Assembly: GCA_002269645.1 (NCBI GenBank)
Contig: NIVC01000869.1
Coordinates: forward strand, 62,001-126,000
Source: Macrostomum lignano
Lineage: Eukaryota
Length of the DNA stretch: 64,000 bases
Reading direction: 5' to 3'
Numbering within the stretch: the first letter of the stretch is position 1; the number at the start of each line of letters is the position of its first letter. Under the pieces are notes generated by a model. It was not told the origin of the DNA, searched no databases, and saw only the letters and a list, made by a program, of their open reading frames with translations. The translations under genes and the position numbers were made by a program. Of the stretch, positions 48,501 through 61,730 are shown in pieces.

Positions 48501-50852
48501 TCTTTGATTGATGGCTGGGTTTTGCCTTTTCGCTTGTGATCATCAAAAGCTTGGGCGTCATTGCTACTGGTGTTTCAGTGTGCGCATTATGTCTGGTTAT
48601 CATATTATGTGCATGTGCAGTGTCTTTTACCTACATTTTTGTTTGTCTCTGTTTCCTGCATGCTCTTTCGCATTTTTACACCTCGCACATCCTCATTTTT
48701 CTCAATTAACAAGTGAAATCTTTTCTTAAAGACTAATTGCTATTTTAGTTAAGCTAGTAGGTTTTTGGTAATTAAATAATTCAATTTTGTCTATTTTCCA
48801 AAAAGTTTCAAAAAATGAATTAATTAAAATAAATTTGAATTATTTTAAGTTAATTGGAGTAAAATGTCTAATAAGTAACTATGATTTTTTATTTTAAGTA
48901 CATGTAGCTTTGGTATAAGTATTAATGTAATGAGTACTTAAAGTAAAATCAAGCAAGTTATAGTTTTCAGAAATTATGCTACAAATAATCAAATATATAC
49001 TAGTATCTGAATTCCTTTATTAAGGAACATGCAGTCGATATTAAATCCACAATGTGCTTTTTGGTGTTCAAGGATAGTTCCCTGACTTTTTCTATTATTA
49101 GTTAGATTTTATTATATTTAATGTAAAAATGAACAATTCTATTCAAGGTAAAAATGAACATTCTTTATTTGTCGAATCATCTTGCCTTTGAAAAGATACA
49201 TAGTGAAAACTTGATTTTTAATTCAACCTTTCAAGACTTATTTAGACTTCTCAATTCAGTGATTAGTTAAACTGATCGAAGTTCTTTCGAGTGCATGCCA
49301 TAATAATTTCGCACTTTTTCGCACACGATAATTTTAAATGTCTGGGATTTAGAGCAGAGTAACAAAATGCTGTGCTCAAAAACATTTCCTTTGTCAATTT
49401 CTTGTTCTTTTATTTTTGCAAAAGAAATTTAACTGCATATTTAAAATAAAAATGGAAGAAAATTTTATTTTCTCTTTAATATTTTTGTCGTTTATTTTCC
49501 GCAACAAAGAATAACAAATAGCCTTGATTTCTTCTCAATTTCAAGTTTTCTTGTGGTTTTAGTAGCAGCTTCTTACAGAAATTGTCAAAAGAATTTTTTT
49601 TGTACGATTATTGGTCGATGTATAAACTTTTTTTGCAATAACAAAAAGTTGTGACCTAGCTTTGAGAACGACCCTATCAATAAAACCATCAATAAATTGT
49701 ATATAAATTTGCCTCTACATGTACATTTCCGTTTTCAGCTTATACTCTTGCACGCAGAAAATTGTTTTCTTGCATGTACAGAACTTCTGAGTCCTTCCTT
49801 AAGAATAAAAATCAAAAGTGAAGAAACGAAAAAACCTCAGTATTTAGCTATTTAACCTGAGAAAGGTAAAATTTTATTTAATTCAAAATCAACATCACAG
49901 TCAACATGGAAGAACATCGAACACAGCGCACCTTTATAATTGCTTGAAATCTTGAAACGTAGTAGCAAGAAGTCGAGGAATGGAAGAAAGCAGTCTGCAG
50001 CGATGCACGTAATGAATCGCGGGATGGCACCCTAAAATTACCATAGCGTACCAGCTAAATTGTTGGCAACGGAGCAACGATAGCTAAATTTACAATTCTT
50101 TAAAAGTAATTAGTGTTATACAGTGCTAATTATTTTTAATAATTTCAACTATGGTCGAAACAACTTTTTTCAAAGTGAAGAAGTGGTCTTTAATTACCAG
50201 ATCGCGGTTATACTGTAAAAACTAGGTGTGAGATAACCATAACTTAACAAAGAAGTTCAGCAAGATTTAAACAAGTAAATTACGAAGTATAGCTATTCTC
50301 GCAAGCCATGTGTCGGCAAGAAATTACCAAGCAAAAAATGGAAACACAACGGATAGAAACTGACTTTTTGTTCTTAACTCGAAAGAACCAAAGCCTTCAA
50401 AGTGCGAGGAAGCAGCTGGCGGAACAGGTTAGCAGCCATTTCAGACAAATTAGATCAAACAATTAGAGATTCGACACATTAGCGGTGAATGCATTCGGAA
50501 ACTGCAGCCAGGAATGGAAAGAAAACACCTGCACAAAAAGCATCTCACACAGTCCCGGGGTACTTAAAAAGCCACGGCTAAAAGTCTCCAGAAGCAAGCT
50601 ATGGCCCAAATTATAGAAGCTTAAATCTTCATGAACATTTTTACTGAATTATTTGATGGACACAAGAGAATAGTAAATACGGTACACACCAAACAGACGC
50701 ACACATATAGACAGACTAAAATGTTTAAACTCATTAGCCTATGACCTACAAGCAGTGACAACAGAAACACACACACAGGACTCAATCGCAGGTAACACAG
50801 AAAAGTCTTGGCAGGAATTGTGGAGGCAGGAATTGTGTGGCAGCCCGGGCTG

Positions 50853-53800
50853 TCAATCATCCGACACGGAGCGCCTGACGGTGACGGACTCGGAGAAATG
50901 GCGCACCCGGTGAGAGGCGAAGTCGGATTCTCGGGCCGGTAGCGCTTCGAGCTGCAGCGGCTGCCGATGCCGGCACTGCCTGCCGCTGCTGCTGCGAGCA
51001 GCTTGACCGTCTCCTGCGGGAGAGATTCGAACTCGTGAGCAGAATTCTTAGTTTCAGTTTACGCATGTGACAGGAAATCTGTGAGTGTGTCCCCTAGTCT
51101 ACGAATTTGTCAGAAAATCTGTGAGTGTGTCACCTAGTCTACGAATTTGTCAGAAAATCTGTGAGTGTGTCCCCTAGTCTACGAATTTGTCAGAAAATCT
51201 GTGAGTGTGTCACCTAGTCTACGAATTTGTCAGAAAATCTGTGAGTGTGTCACCTAGTCTACGAATGTGCCAGGAATCTGTGAGTGTGTCACCTAGTCTA
51301 CGAACGTGTCAGGAACCTGAGTGTGTCACCAAGTCTACGAATGTGTCAGGAATCTGAGAGTGTGTCACCTAGTCTACAAATGTGTCAGAAAATCTGTGAG
51401 TGTGTCACCTAGTCTACGAACGTGTCAGGAACCTGAGTGTGTCACCAAGTCTACGAATGTGTCAGGAATCTGAGAGTGTGTCACCTAGTCTACAAATGTG
51501 TCAGAAAATCTGTGAGTGTGTCACCTAGTCTACAAATGTGTCAGAAAATGTGAGTGTGTCACCTAGTCTACAAATGTGTCAGAAAATCTGTGAGTGTGTC
51601 ACCTAGTCTACAAATGTGTCAGAAAATCTGTGAGTGTGTCACCTAGTCTACAAATGTGTCAGAAAATCTGTGAGTGTGTCATTTAGTCTGAGTATGTCAG
51701 GAAATCTGTGAGTGTGTCCCCTAGTCTACAAATGTGTCAGAAAATCTGTGAGTGTGTCACCTAGTCTACAAATGTGTCAGAAAATCTGTGAGTGTGTCAC
51801 CTAGTCTACAAATGTGTCATCTAGTCTGTGAGTATGTCAGGAAATCTGTGAGTGTGTCATCTAGTCTGTGAGTATGTCAGGAAATCTGTGAGTGTGTCAC
51901 CTAGTCTACGAATGTGTCAGGAATCTGTGAGAGTGTCAGCTAGTCTACAAATGTGTCATCTAGTCTGTGAGTATGTCAGGAATCTGTGAGTGTGTCACCT
52001 AGTCTGAGTATGTCAGGGAATCTGTGAGTGTGTCACCTAGTCTACGAATGTGTCAAAAACCTGTGAGTGTTTCACCTAGTCTACGAACGTGTCAGGAACC
52101 TGAGAGTGTGTCACCAAGTCTATGAATGTGTCAGGAACCTGGGAGTGTGTCACCTTAGTCTACGAACGTGTCAGGAACCTGAGAGTGTGTCACCAAGTCT
52201 ACGAATGTGCCAGGAATCTGTGAGTGTGTCACCTAGTCTACGAACGTGTCAGGAACCTGAGTGTGTCACCAAGTCTACGAATGTGTCAGGAATCTGAGAG
52301 TGTGTCACCTAGTCTACGAATGTGCCAGGAATCTGTGAGTGTGTCACCTAGTCTACGAACGTGTCAGGAACCTGAGTGTGTCACCAAGTCTACGAATGTG
52401 TCAGGAATCTGAGAGTGTGTCACCTAGTCTACGAATGTGCCAGGAACCTGTGAGTGTGTCACCTAGTCTACGAACGTGTCAGGAACCTGAGTGTGTCACC
52501 AAGTCTACGAATGTGTCAGGAACCTGTGAGTGTGTCACCTAGTGTACGAACGTGTCAGGAACCTGAGAGTGTGTCACCAATCCTACGAATGTGTCAGGAA
52601 TCTGTGAGTGTGTCAGGAAAGTTTTGAGTGTGTTACCTAGTCTTCGAATATGTCAGGAAATTTGTGTGTGCCACCTAGTCTGTGAATGTGTCAGTGCTGG
52701 ATGAAATCAGGCCCATAGAGAACTGACATCAACTGTTCAGTGAAAAAGCATCGATGCAACAAGAAATCGACAACCAATTTGGCGCAAAACACAAACCGGA
52801 TACCCCGGGAAAAGGATTCGGGAACGCTTTCTAAACTAGCCAATTTGGGTCAGTAAAACACGCAGAATGCACAGCAGGCCGGGCTTAAACGCAAGCGTAA
52901 ACATGAAGTTAAACAACATTAATAAGAATAGCTCGTATAAATTTAATAAAAGTTCAATTTAAATTTAAACTAATCATCCAGTACTCGTACTTGCAGGACT
53001 ACTGTGCGATCCAAGCATTAAACCCGATTTCAAATTTACTATGTTGTTGAAAATTTGCACTTTTACCTCCAATCTGTGATTGAATACTAAAATTTGCACT
53101 TTTATCTCTAACCTGCGATTGGTTACTACAATCTGCACTTTTTTTCTCCAACCTGCAATTGTATAATATAATTTGCACTTTTATCTCCAATCTGCAATTT
53201 AGACGCTAGAATTTGCACTTTTATCTCCAATCTGCGATTGGATACTATAATCTGCACTTTTATCCCCAATCTGCAATTGGATACTATAATCTGCACTTTT
53301 ATCTCCAATCTGCAATTGGATACTATAATCTGCACTTTTATCTCCAATCTGCAATTGGATACTATAATCTGCACTTTTATCTCCAATCTGCAATTGGATA
53401 CTATAATCTGCACTTTTATCTCCAATCTGCAATTGGATACTATAATCTGCACTTTTATCTCCAATCTGCAATTTAGACCCTGGGATTTGCACTTTTATCT
53501 CCAATCTGCGATTTTGGATACTAAAATTTTCCATTTTTTTCTTATCTGTAATCGGACACTAGACTTTGCACACTTTTATTCTCAAAGCTACAGTTCTTTG
53601 AGATATATACCTCAAAGAGATATTATACCCCAACTCCTGCCTAACTCAAAAAATTCTTAGAAAGACTAACTAAATCAGCTCTATCAGGCGAAAATCATTG
53701 ATCCAAATCAAATATAATGAGGTTAGAAAAATGAAATCAGACACAAATGCGTCAGAGGCATAAACATTACCTGTCGCCGTTTAGCCTGAAACGGGCGAGG

Positions 53801-56800
53801 ACGATTTGCATCAATATTTTACAGCAGAAACACCTTGCTGACTACTGACTGCACTGAGTCAGTAGTAAGCCCCTAGAAAGCAATGGAATTCGTTAAGACT
53901 CTATGCCAACACCACGGATACAGACAGGAACTGCAGCGAGGAAGCCGCGATAAAAGACAGACAGATCTGATCAATCAGTGACAAGCAGTTGGGGTGGCAA
54001 AGTTATACTCCGGCTGTCCGGAAAGTCGTGAGAATGTATTGAAAAAACCAGTCAGAACTATCAGAAAACACGATAACTGTACTAGTTGGTAATGTAATCT
54101 CCCCTTGCGTTGATTACAGCTTGGCAATGGTCAACAAGTCGCTGAACCTCTCTTTTCAAGCAATCTTCGTCAAGGCCTCTTGCCCATTGCAACGCAGCTT
54201 CTCGAACTTCATTGTGGTCGCTGAACACTCGCCTGGAGAAATCAGTCTTTATCCAACTGAACAAAAAACGGTCGCACAAATTGAAGTCTGGGCTGTAAGG
54301 ACTCTGAAACACCAGCTGAACTCCACGGGACTCCATGTACTGCTGCACAGAACGAGCCACGTGAGGTCGCGCATTGTCCCACTGCCAAAGAACATCCGAC
54401 AGATGAATTGGCCTTGACCTGAGAGTACGCCATAGGTCTCCGGTGTGCCGAATGAACTCAACTATGCCATTTGCATCAACAGTTTGCTTTGGGGCTGTGG
54501 ATTCAATGGAGAAGCGCTTGTTTGGAGTAAAAGCAACCAGAAGCATTGTCTTTGCATTGCCGACTGAGTGCCTGACAACCTGGGGCCGATGATCCCATTG
54601 GCTAAGCCAGCACCTGTTGTTTTGCTTCGTGCCAGTGCTTGTTTGGAGTAAAAGCAACCAGAAGCATTGTCTTTGCATTGCCGACTGAGTGCCTGACAAC
54701 CTGGGGCCGATGATCCCATTGGCCAAGCCAGCACCTGTTGTTTTGCTTCGTGCCAGTGTTGTTCAGGTACACCCACGTCTCATCCTCCACCACGTACTTG
54801 TCGCAAAAGTTTTCCATGCCCTCGTTGTAAAAAAGCCTGCGAATTTGCTTGGCACAATTGATGTAAGCAGTCTTCTTCTCCTCGGATAGAGCATGCGGAA
54901 CCCAGACAGCAGAAACGTTTCGAAGGTGCAAATCCTCAGTAAAAATTTCGTGCACTGTTGTTTTTCCAACTTCCAAAAGTCAGCGAGGTCTCGGACACTA
55001 ACTTTTGGATCCTCTTCAACAAGAGCTCGGCAGGTTTCGATCAGTTCCGCTATCCTTGTTGACCGTGGCCAGCCAGTCCGAGGAGCTGAGACCAGGGGAA
55101 ATGCTTCGTCACGGAACTTTGAATACCATCTGTAAACCGTTGACTGACCTGGTGCAGCATCTCCATAAACTTTGAGCTGCTCGTCATGGCAGCTGAGAGC
55201 GGAGATTCCAAGACGGTATCTAGCATAGGCATAACCCTGGACAGCTGGAAGTCTTCCATTTTGAAGAACTTGCTGTCAAAATTTTCAAACTTGATCACCG
55301 CGTTGCATTTGCTATTGAGCACTTTATACTGAGCTCGCCCCTGCCCCCAATTTTGCTACTAGAATAACAAGAATTTTCACCATAGACATATATGAGTCTA
55401 TTATTGAAAATTTCTGTGTGCCACGTCAACAGCTTGCTGCTTTCTTGCTTAATTGACACATTCTCACGACTTTCCGGACAGCCGAAGTAGCTGACTCAAT
55501 GGAGCTCTGCAAACCGCACCCCAGTCTTACATGTACATTACGGAGCGCGGTTTCCCTAATGGAGCAACGTGCAATCACAGCAAACTTCAAGAGCACAGTC
55601 AAGATAATCTACTGCTGCGTGGACTGAATTCTTTAAGCCTTGCTGAGCTCTTTCCATCAACAATGGACAGTTCGAGTCTGCAGGGATGGGGAAGAGACAG
55701 CCAGCATCAGCTGCAACTCCAGTTACAGTCTGAGGCAAGTCTGCAGGGATGGGGAAGAGACAGCCAGCATCAGCTGCAACTCCAGTTACAGTCTGAGGCA
55801 AGTCTGCAGGGATGGGGAAGAGACAGCCAGCATCAGCTGCAACTCCAGTTACAGTCTGAGGCAAGTCTGCAGGGATGGGGAAGAGACAGTCAGCATCAGC
55901 TGCAACTCCAGTTACAGTCTGAGGCAAGTCTGCAGGGATGGGGAAGAGACAGTCAGCATCAGCTGCAACTCCAGTTACAGTCTGAGGCACTCACTGGCGT
56001 CGGCGGAGGACGCCGCAGCCTTGAGGCCGCAGTGCAGGCCGATGCCCGACAGGCACAGGGCCATGCCGGCCCAGTTCACCGGGTTGATGACGTCATCGTT
56101 GATGCCGGCCGCCAGGACGATGGTGCAGACTTCCTTGAAGATGCCGGACACGGACAAGGTGAGGGAGCTGGTGCGGCTCAGCAGCAGGTACTCGGAGCAT
56201 TCCAGGCCAAATGCGAGAAAGGCGCCAACCAGAAGGATCCGCACCGTGCCAAAGGCGGCCGTGGCGCTGGAGGCCCGGAACAGATTGGCCGTGGTGGCGA
56301 TCTCCGTGCCCTCGAATGCCACGGACAGAGGCAGCAGCACCAGCACCATCCAGGGCTGCACATGGTAGATCATGTCCACCGGGTTCGCCAGCCCGAGCTC
56401 CGCCCGCTGCGTCACCACCTGGGCGGTGGTCCAGCGAATCCCCGACACGAACGAGGCGGACAGCACGAGCAGGAAGCCGCCGGTGTGGAACTGCGTGCTC
56501 TTGTAGGTGAACAGGAACAGCCCCACCGCGATCAGCAGGATCACCAGCACAAGGCTCCAGCGCTGAGGGAGGGGCGATCGCATCTCAGGTGGCATTCCTG
56601 GCTCTCAGACTCTATCACTGATTCTACCTCTTCTATTTCTGACTCTTCTATTGGCTGACTCTCTGCACCTGACTGGCTGACTCTCTACACCTGACTGGCT
56701 GACGCTACATCTGACCGACTGACTCTCTACATCTGACTGGCTGACTCTGCATCTGACTGACTGACTCTACATCTGACTGGCTGACTCTGCATTTGACTGG

Positions 56801-57856
56801 CTGACTCTGCATTTGACTGACTGACTCTGCATTTGACTGACTGACTCTGCATTTGACTGACTGACTCTGCATTTGACTGGCTGACTCTGCATTTGACTGA
56901 CTGACTCTCTACATCTGACTGGCTGACTCTGCATTTGACTGACTGACTCTGCATTTGACTGACTGACTCTTTACATCTGACCGACTGACTCTACATCTGA
57001 CTGGCTGACTCTGCATTTGACTGACTGACTCTGCATTTGACTAACTGACTCTCTACACCTGACTGACTGACTGACTGTTATGTTTTCTGCTTCTTGTAAG
57101 ACAATAATTCCAGTCTCGATAGACTCTTCTAGATCAACGACAATAAAGTCGAAGGACTGGCTGACTCTGTATTTGACTGACTCTAACTCTGACTCTCTAC
57201 CCCTTGTCTCCAGACCTTTTTTGACTCTCCCCCACTGACTCTACCACTGATTGTCCGAGGAGTTCCCTTTATCTTATCACGTAACTCTCCCCCGCACTCT
57301 TTTCTCCTGACTCTCAGCACCTTCTTGACCCTCCTTGCTGACTCAGCTTCATGAAACCAATCGCTCAAAGGGCACCAGAAACACCCAGCCTGTAACTTTC
57401 TACCTTCTCCTCAAGCCGCAGGTAGATAGCGAACAGCAGGATGAAGACCACGGCAGTAGACTTGGTCATGGTGTACAGCGACACCGTGACAAACTCGAAG
57501 CTCCAGTTGGACAGGCCGATGTCCAAGGAGCTGGCAATGCCGGCCGGGGACACCCGGCGGCAGTAGGCGGCCCAGCACAGCTCCAGCCGGTGGCAGCCGG
57601 TCAGCTGCTCCACGACCTGGCGGATCAGCCAGGCCAGGAGGAATTTCACGCACAGGTGCAGCACGGTGATGGACAGGGGGTACGGGTACAGGGTGATGTA
57701 CTTCTTGTTGTAGAAGGTCAGCGTGATGGAGAAGCTGTAGAACACTAGAATCAGCACAAGGGTGCGCAGGGCTTCTAGCAGCATGTTGGCGCGAGATGCG
57801 CGCCCTGAGTGCTGAGAGTGCTCAGCCATGTTGAGTTGCTGGTACCGCTGTGTCAT
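50853..57856 (-). CDS. SLC35C2: Solute carrier family 35 member C2-like nucleotide-sugar transporter; exons 57404-57856, 55995-56562 and probable terminal exon 50853-51013 (~393 aa)
   Basis: FYSFSITLTFYNK, LDIGLSNWSFEFVTVSLYTMTKST, SGIRWTTAQ, NPVDMIYHVQPWM, LTLSVSGIFKEVCT. Splice phases 0 and 1 match. The terminal exon is less certain. Confidence 0.9.
51066..52692. repeat. ~38-40-bp minisatellite (GTGAGTGTGTCACCTAGTCTACGAATGTGTCAGGAATCT)
   Basis: About 40 variant units; starts ~50 nt from the 51014 acceptor. Confidence 0.94.
53050..53522. repeat. 39-bp minisatellite (CTGCACTTTTATCTCCAATCTGCAATTGGATACTATAAT)
   Basis: Seen directly. Confidence 0.93.
54008..55487 (-). mobile_element. Mariner (Tc1/mariner, DD34D) transposon, both ends intact but transposase disrupted
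   Basis: ~30-bp TIRs CT(C/T)CGGCTGTCCGGAAAGTCGTGAGAATGT flanked by TA. Motifs TVYRWYSKF, WVPHAL, DETW, DNARPH and YSPDFNLCD with 34 residues between D2 and D3. Frameshifts and a 121-bp internal duplication. Confidence 0.95.
55676..55990 (-). repeat. 63-bp minisatellite (5 copies), each with a polypyrimidine tract and CAG acceptor-like site
   Basis: Minus-strand unit ...GCTG(A/G)CTGTCTCTTCCCCATCCCTGCAG|AC; starts 4 nt after the donor at 55994. Confidence 0.93.
56654..57190. repeat. ~20-bp minisatellite (CTGACTCTGCATTTGACTGA) in SLC35C2 intron 1
   Basis: Seen directly; degenerate edges. Confidence 0.9.
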
Positions 57857-58826
57857 GCCAGTGCAGTGGGGCAGCCGCCTGCCAGCGGGCAGCAGTTATG
57901 GGCACACATGATCCATGAAATAGGATGTTAGTTTTAAGCTGTAACTTTTATCCCCATTCTGTTCTATTCAAAATGAAAGGTCTGCCAGGCATTCGATTCT
58001 CTACTTTGAAATAAAAAAATTAACTTAGACAATTTGTGAATAAAAAACAAGGTTCAGCTGCTATACATAACCTGACAATAATAACAATAATAATAAAGGA
58101 TTTTTCTAACTAAAAATACTAATAATTAAAGAAAAACTAGATCACAGTGGCTTTACATAAAAATAGATCCATATACTAATCAATAATAGTCTTCCTAGAT
58201 TCAATATATGAGAATTCTTCAAAATATAGTTTTCTGTGGGATATTTGGTAGTATATTTAGGAAATCTCAATGGCTTTTATTAGATGATTTTAGAAATCTC
58301 ACATAGGATTTGGTATTGAAGATTAAGGAATCTCCTATTGCTTAAAAATTAATTTTGTGCAATTTAGAATGTACTATGTCTTCCTATGCAACACAATGCC
58401 TCTTACCCCATTATTATACTCTTTATGCCATACCACACCACTGTGTCATGACACTACTGAATCATAACATACCACTGTAGCATACCACACCACTGCCATA
58501 CAGATATATACAAATTCAGAGACAAAAAATTCTGTAACAGAAATTTTAGCAAAAGCAATTTTGACAAAACCTAGATAGATTTTGCAAAAAGTCCTTAATA
58601 GAGCAAATGGTAAAAATTAAACTTAGGGCTTTCTTGAAATTCTCTTAGAAGCTGATGAGCTTTAATAGAAAAAATGTATTTACTCCAAAAAATTAGATAT
58701 TATACCATATTATACCATTTTTGATAATGTATAAACCTTTCCCATAAAGCATATTAATCTCAATCTCAATCTTAACAAGCTCAATTAGAAGAGAAACTTA
58801 ATGTGCATTTACTAAATATATATCTG

Positions 58827-58976
58827 CAACCTTAGGAATCACTTGGCTATTTCTATTGGCAACACACCCATGTAAGTCGCTATTGGCTAAGAGCAGTCAC
58901 GTGACTACTATTTCGTCCAATAGCGACTTACATGTGTGTGTTGTCAATAGAAACAGCCAGGTGAATCCCTAGGTTG
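58827..58976. repeat. 150-bp foldback (inverted repeat; ~60-bp arms, 30-bp spacer), possible MITE
   Basis: Left arm AACCTTAGGAATCACTTGG...GTAAGTCGCTATTGG is the near-perfect reverse complement of right arm CCAATAGCGACTTAC...CCAGGTGAATCCCTAGGTT. The spacer holds the palindrome AGTCACGTGACT. Confidence 0.85.
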
Positions 58977-60949
58977 TGCCCAAGCATGATTTACTAATAC
59001 CATTTCACTAGAATAATAAATAGGATTATACATAATTTGTCAATTGTTTTTTCTTTATTATTAACTTATTTGACTAAGAATAGATTGTTGCCAAATTTGC
59101 TTTTACTAAATTTGTCCACAGTGAATTTGTCACCAAATGTGTTTGTCCCTTAATTGGTCAGCACCAATGCTATACTGTATGGCTCTGGCCAAAATTGTCA
59201 TATTCAAGATCTTCATAAGTAGATTATAGAAAAACAACTAAATCATCTAAATCATCATTGTCTCTGCATTTAGACAATGCTGGATTCACTAAATTGTCAT
59301 ATTATGTTTCAGTCTATATAAGGAACTTGGCTTTCATAGTGGCAACATGTTCTTGTTTGACAACAAAATGATTTTCAACTTTAAATTACATTCATATCAT
59401 CTACTTAAAAGATGCAACACCTTGGACTAATTCCTATATTATATAGTCTAGTTGAATTTCAAGGTTAACCAAAGAATACTGAGCTAATATTAGCACAGGG
59501 GTAAATCTCAGATTGAAATGTACGTAAGTTATAAACAAATTTTTTCTTACATCAGGAATTTCATTGTTAAATTAAAAGCAATTGTACATGAATTTAACTT
59601 TCGTTCATAAAAAACTGATTAAAAAATATTTTTTTAAACTTTTAGTCAGAGTTTATGTTTTTTTGTGGCGATAGCGACCAAAAACGTATTTTTCTGACTT
59701 GTATCTTAAGTACGTTTTTTTTGTTTCATAATGTTTTTTTGTGCACGTGTAATATATTTGTCTATGGGAAAATGACTGAAAATATTGGGGAAAACCTTCA
59801 TCTGTGAGCTTGTGGATGTTTTACCGCTTTGTTTTCAATATTTATGAACTTATTTGGCCCTGTCTCGATTGCATGATATTTGTCTACTGTTAAAAAATTC
59901 CTGTAAGGTGTAAGTTTTCTGATAAACAATGCCAACCATTATGATCTTCAGTGATTCATTCTTTCAGATACATTTTAAATATTGTTATTCCATTTTATCT
60001 GCGACTGTCAATGCACTGTTACTTACTTATGCCTATTGATGTTACATTTAGACTTTTTTCATAAGCACAAAATTTCCTGTAAGGTGTAAGTTTACTCAGC
60101 TCATAAGCATGTAAATGTTCCTAAATCTTCTAATTATGTAGAAAAATACTAAACAAAGAGTAGTTTTTCATTGCATGTTCTTGTGATTTTACTAAAGAAG
60201 TATAGACCTTATTAAGTTCATTATATTGGGTTTTAACCATTTATAGCCAAGTAGCATACTTAAGTAAGCAGTTTTGTTTATGTTTGTGTGAAAATCTGTG
60301 ATGATTCACTTCTAATGATATTCACTTTTGATCTTATGAGTATATCTTGAGCTCTAACGCTCATTAATCCACAGAAAAATTCTAATTTATTCCTGCCGAT
60401 CTATTTAGTATGTTCCTCTAATATCACCATATTTGAATGCTGTTTTGGCTAGCATAAGCAAAGGACAATAGGTACAGCAGGAACCCTTAGAAATAGATCA
60501 TATGCTTAGGTCAAAGTAAAAAGAATGCTGGTATTGGATATTTTAATTGTATTTAATGACCCCTTAGAAAGCCTTTTTAATTAAGAAGCATATCTAATGC
60601 TAGATCCGAAGGAGCAGCGTAATTCGTTGTACGAGTATGTTAAGTTCATTACAAGTAACACTAGCATAGTCTATCTACTTCTATTTGTATTTATTTCTAT
60701 ATGTAGCAGTATATGTTTACCTTGCAATCTGAATGCCATATATATTATTCTATTTAGTCATTTTCAATTGAACTCTGCTATCTCGGTGTTTACATGCAAA
60801 AATAGAAAGTGAGAGTCTATCTGCCTTTTTGTAAATTTTGGCAATTTTTAATGTTGACATTCTTAAAATTACTACACTTATTTTCTTTAAATTGATACCA
60901 GATACCATGAAGATGATTATAACTCATTCTTATATGGTTTCTGAGATAC

Positions 60950-61730
60950 ACAAATTGACTTCAAAATTCAGCTGCTGCAGCACCTGCTCTTTGAGCTGAG
61001 CTGTAAATGTCATTCAATATACACAACCAATTTTGACAACTCGTTGCTTTCTCGTCGATAGCGTCGAGAAAGTTGTTGGGCAACGATGACTTGTTGCCAG
61101 CTTCCTGACTGTCATCGAGATGATGCGGCACCCATCGAACAGTGACGTACTGCAGCCACAGGTCCTCTATGCATTTGAGAGTTTGGTGGATGGTGGATGA
61201 AGGAACTTTACTGAGTTCCACCATTTCTTTGCATGTCCATCGCGGATCGATTTCCAGCAGACCACGGATGAGTTTGATGCTGCTCTCGGTCCGCACTTTC
61301 CGGGGTCTCCCAGATCTTGGCTCATTCAGAGTCGAAGTGCAGCCATCTCTTGAAGCGATCATACCTCTTGTACACATCGCGCTGGCAAAGTTCATCCTTG
61401 CTGTACGCGTCTACAAGCTGTAGGTGACTTGTGTAGCTGGCATTCCTCGCAGCCATTCAGATTTAATTTACCACCGCTGCTTTTCCTGCGGTTCATCTCC
61501 CATAACCGCGACGTCGGCCGAAGAGGGAAAGCAATGGTGATGACAATCGCGGTGGGGTTATAATAATGCGAGCTAAGAAAGGAGAAAGGTGCAAATACGA
61601 GCTAGATAGCTCAAGTGCGCAGGAAACGACTGCTGCTGGTCGCAGGACAGCTGTGGTAACAGCTGCAGCGACTAGAGCGATGTCTGTGGTAGAAATGGAT
61701 CGATTGCACGAACTTTTGAGACGCCCCTTG
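60950..61730 (-). mobile_element. Degenerate mariner remnant (5' TIR plus HTH region, catalytic domain missing)
   Basis: TA-flanked end CAAGGGGCGTCTCAAAAGTTCGTG; motifs EPRSGRP and RWVPHHL; stops and frameshifts. Confidence 0.8.

Noticed and set aside
55531-56658. 375-aa plus-strand ORF
   Set aside because: Antisense to SLC35C2 exon 2 plus the 63-bp repeat; no independent features.
59890-60100. ~25-bp direct repeat (TTCCTGTAAGGTGTAAGTTT) about 180 nt apart
   Set aside because: Too short to support an LTR or other element call; no internal features.
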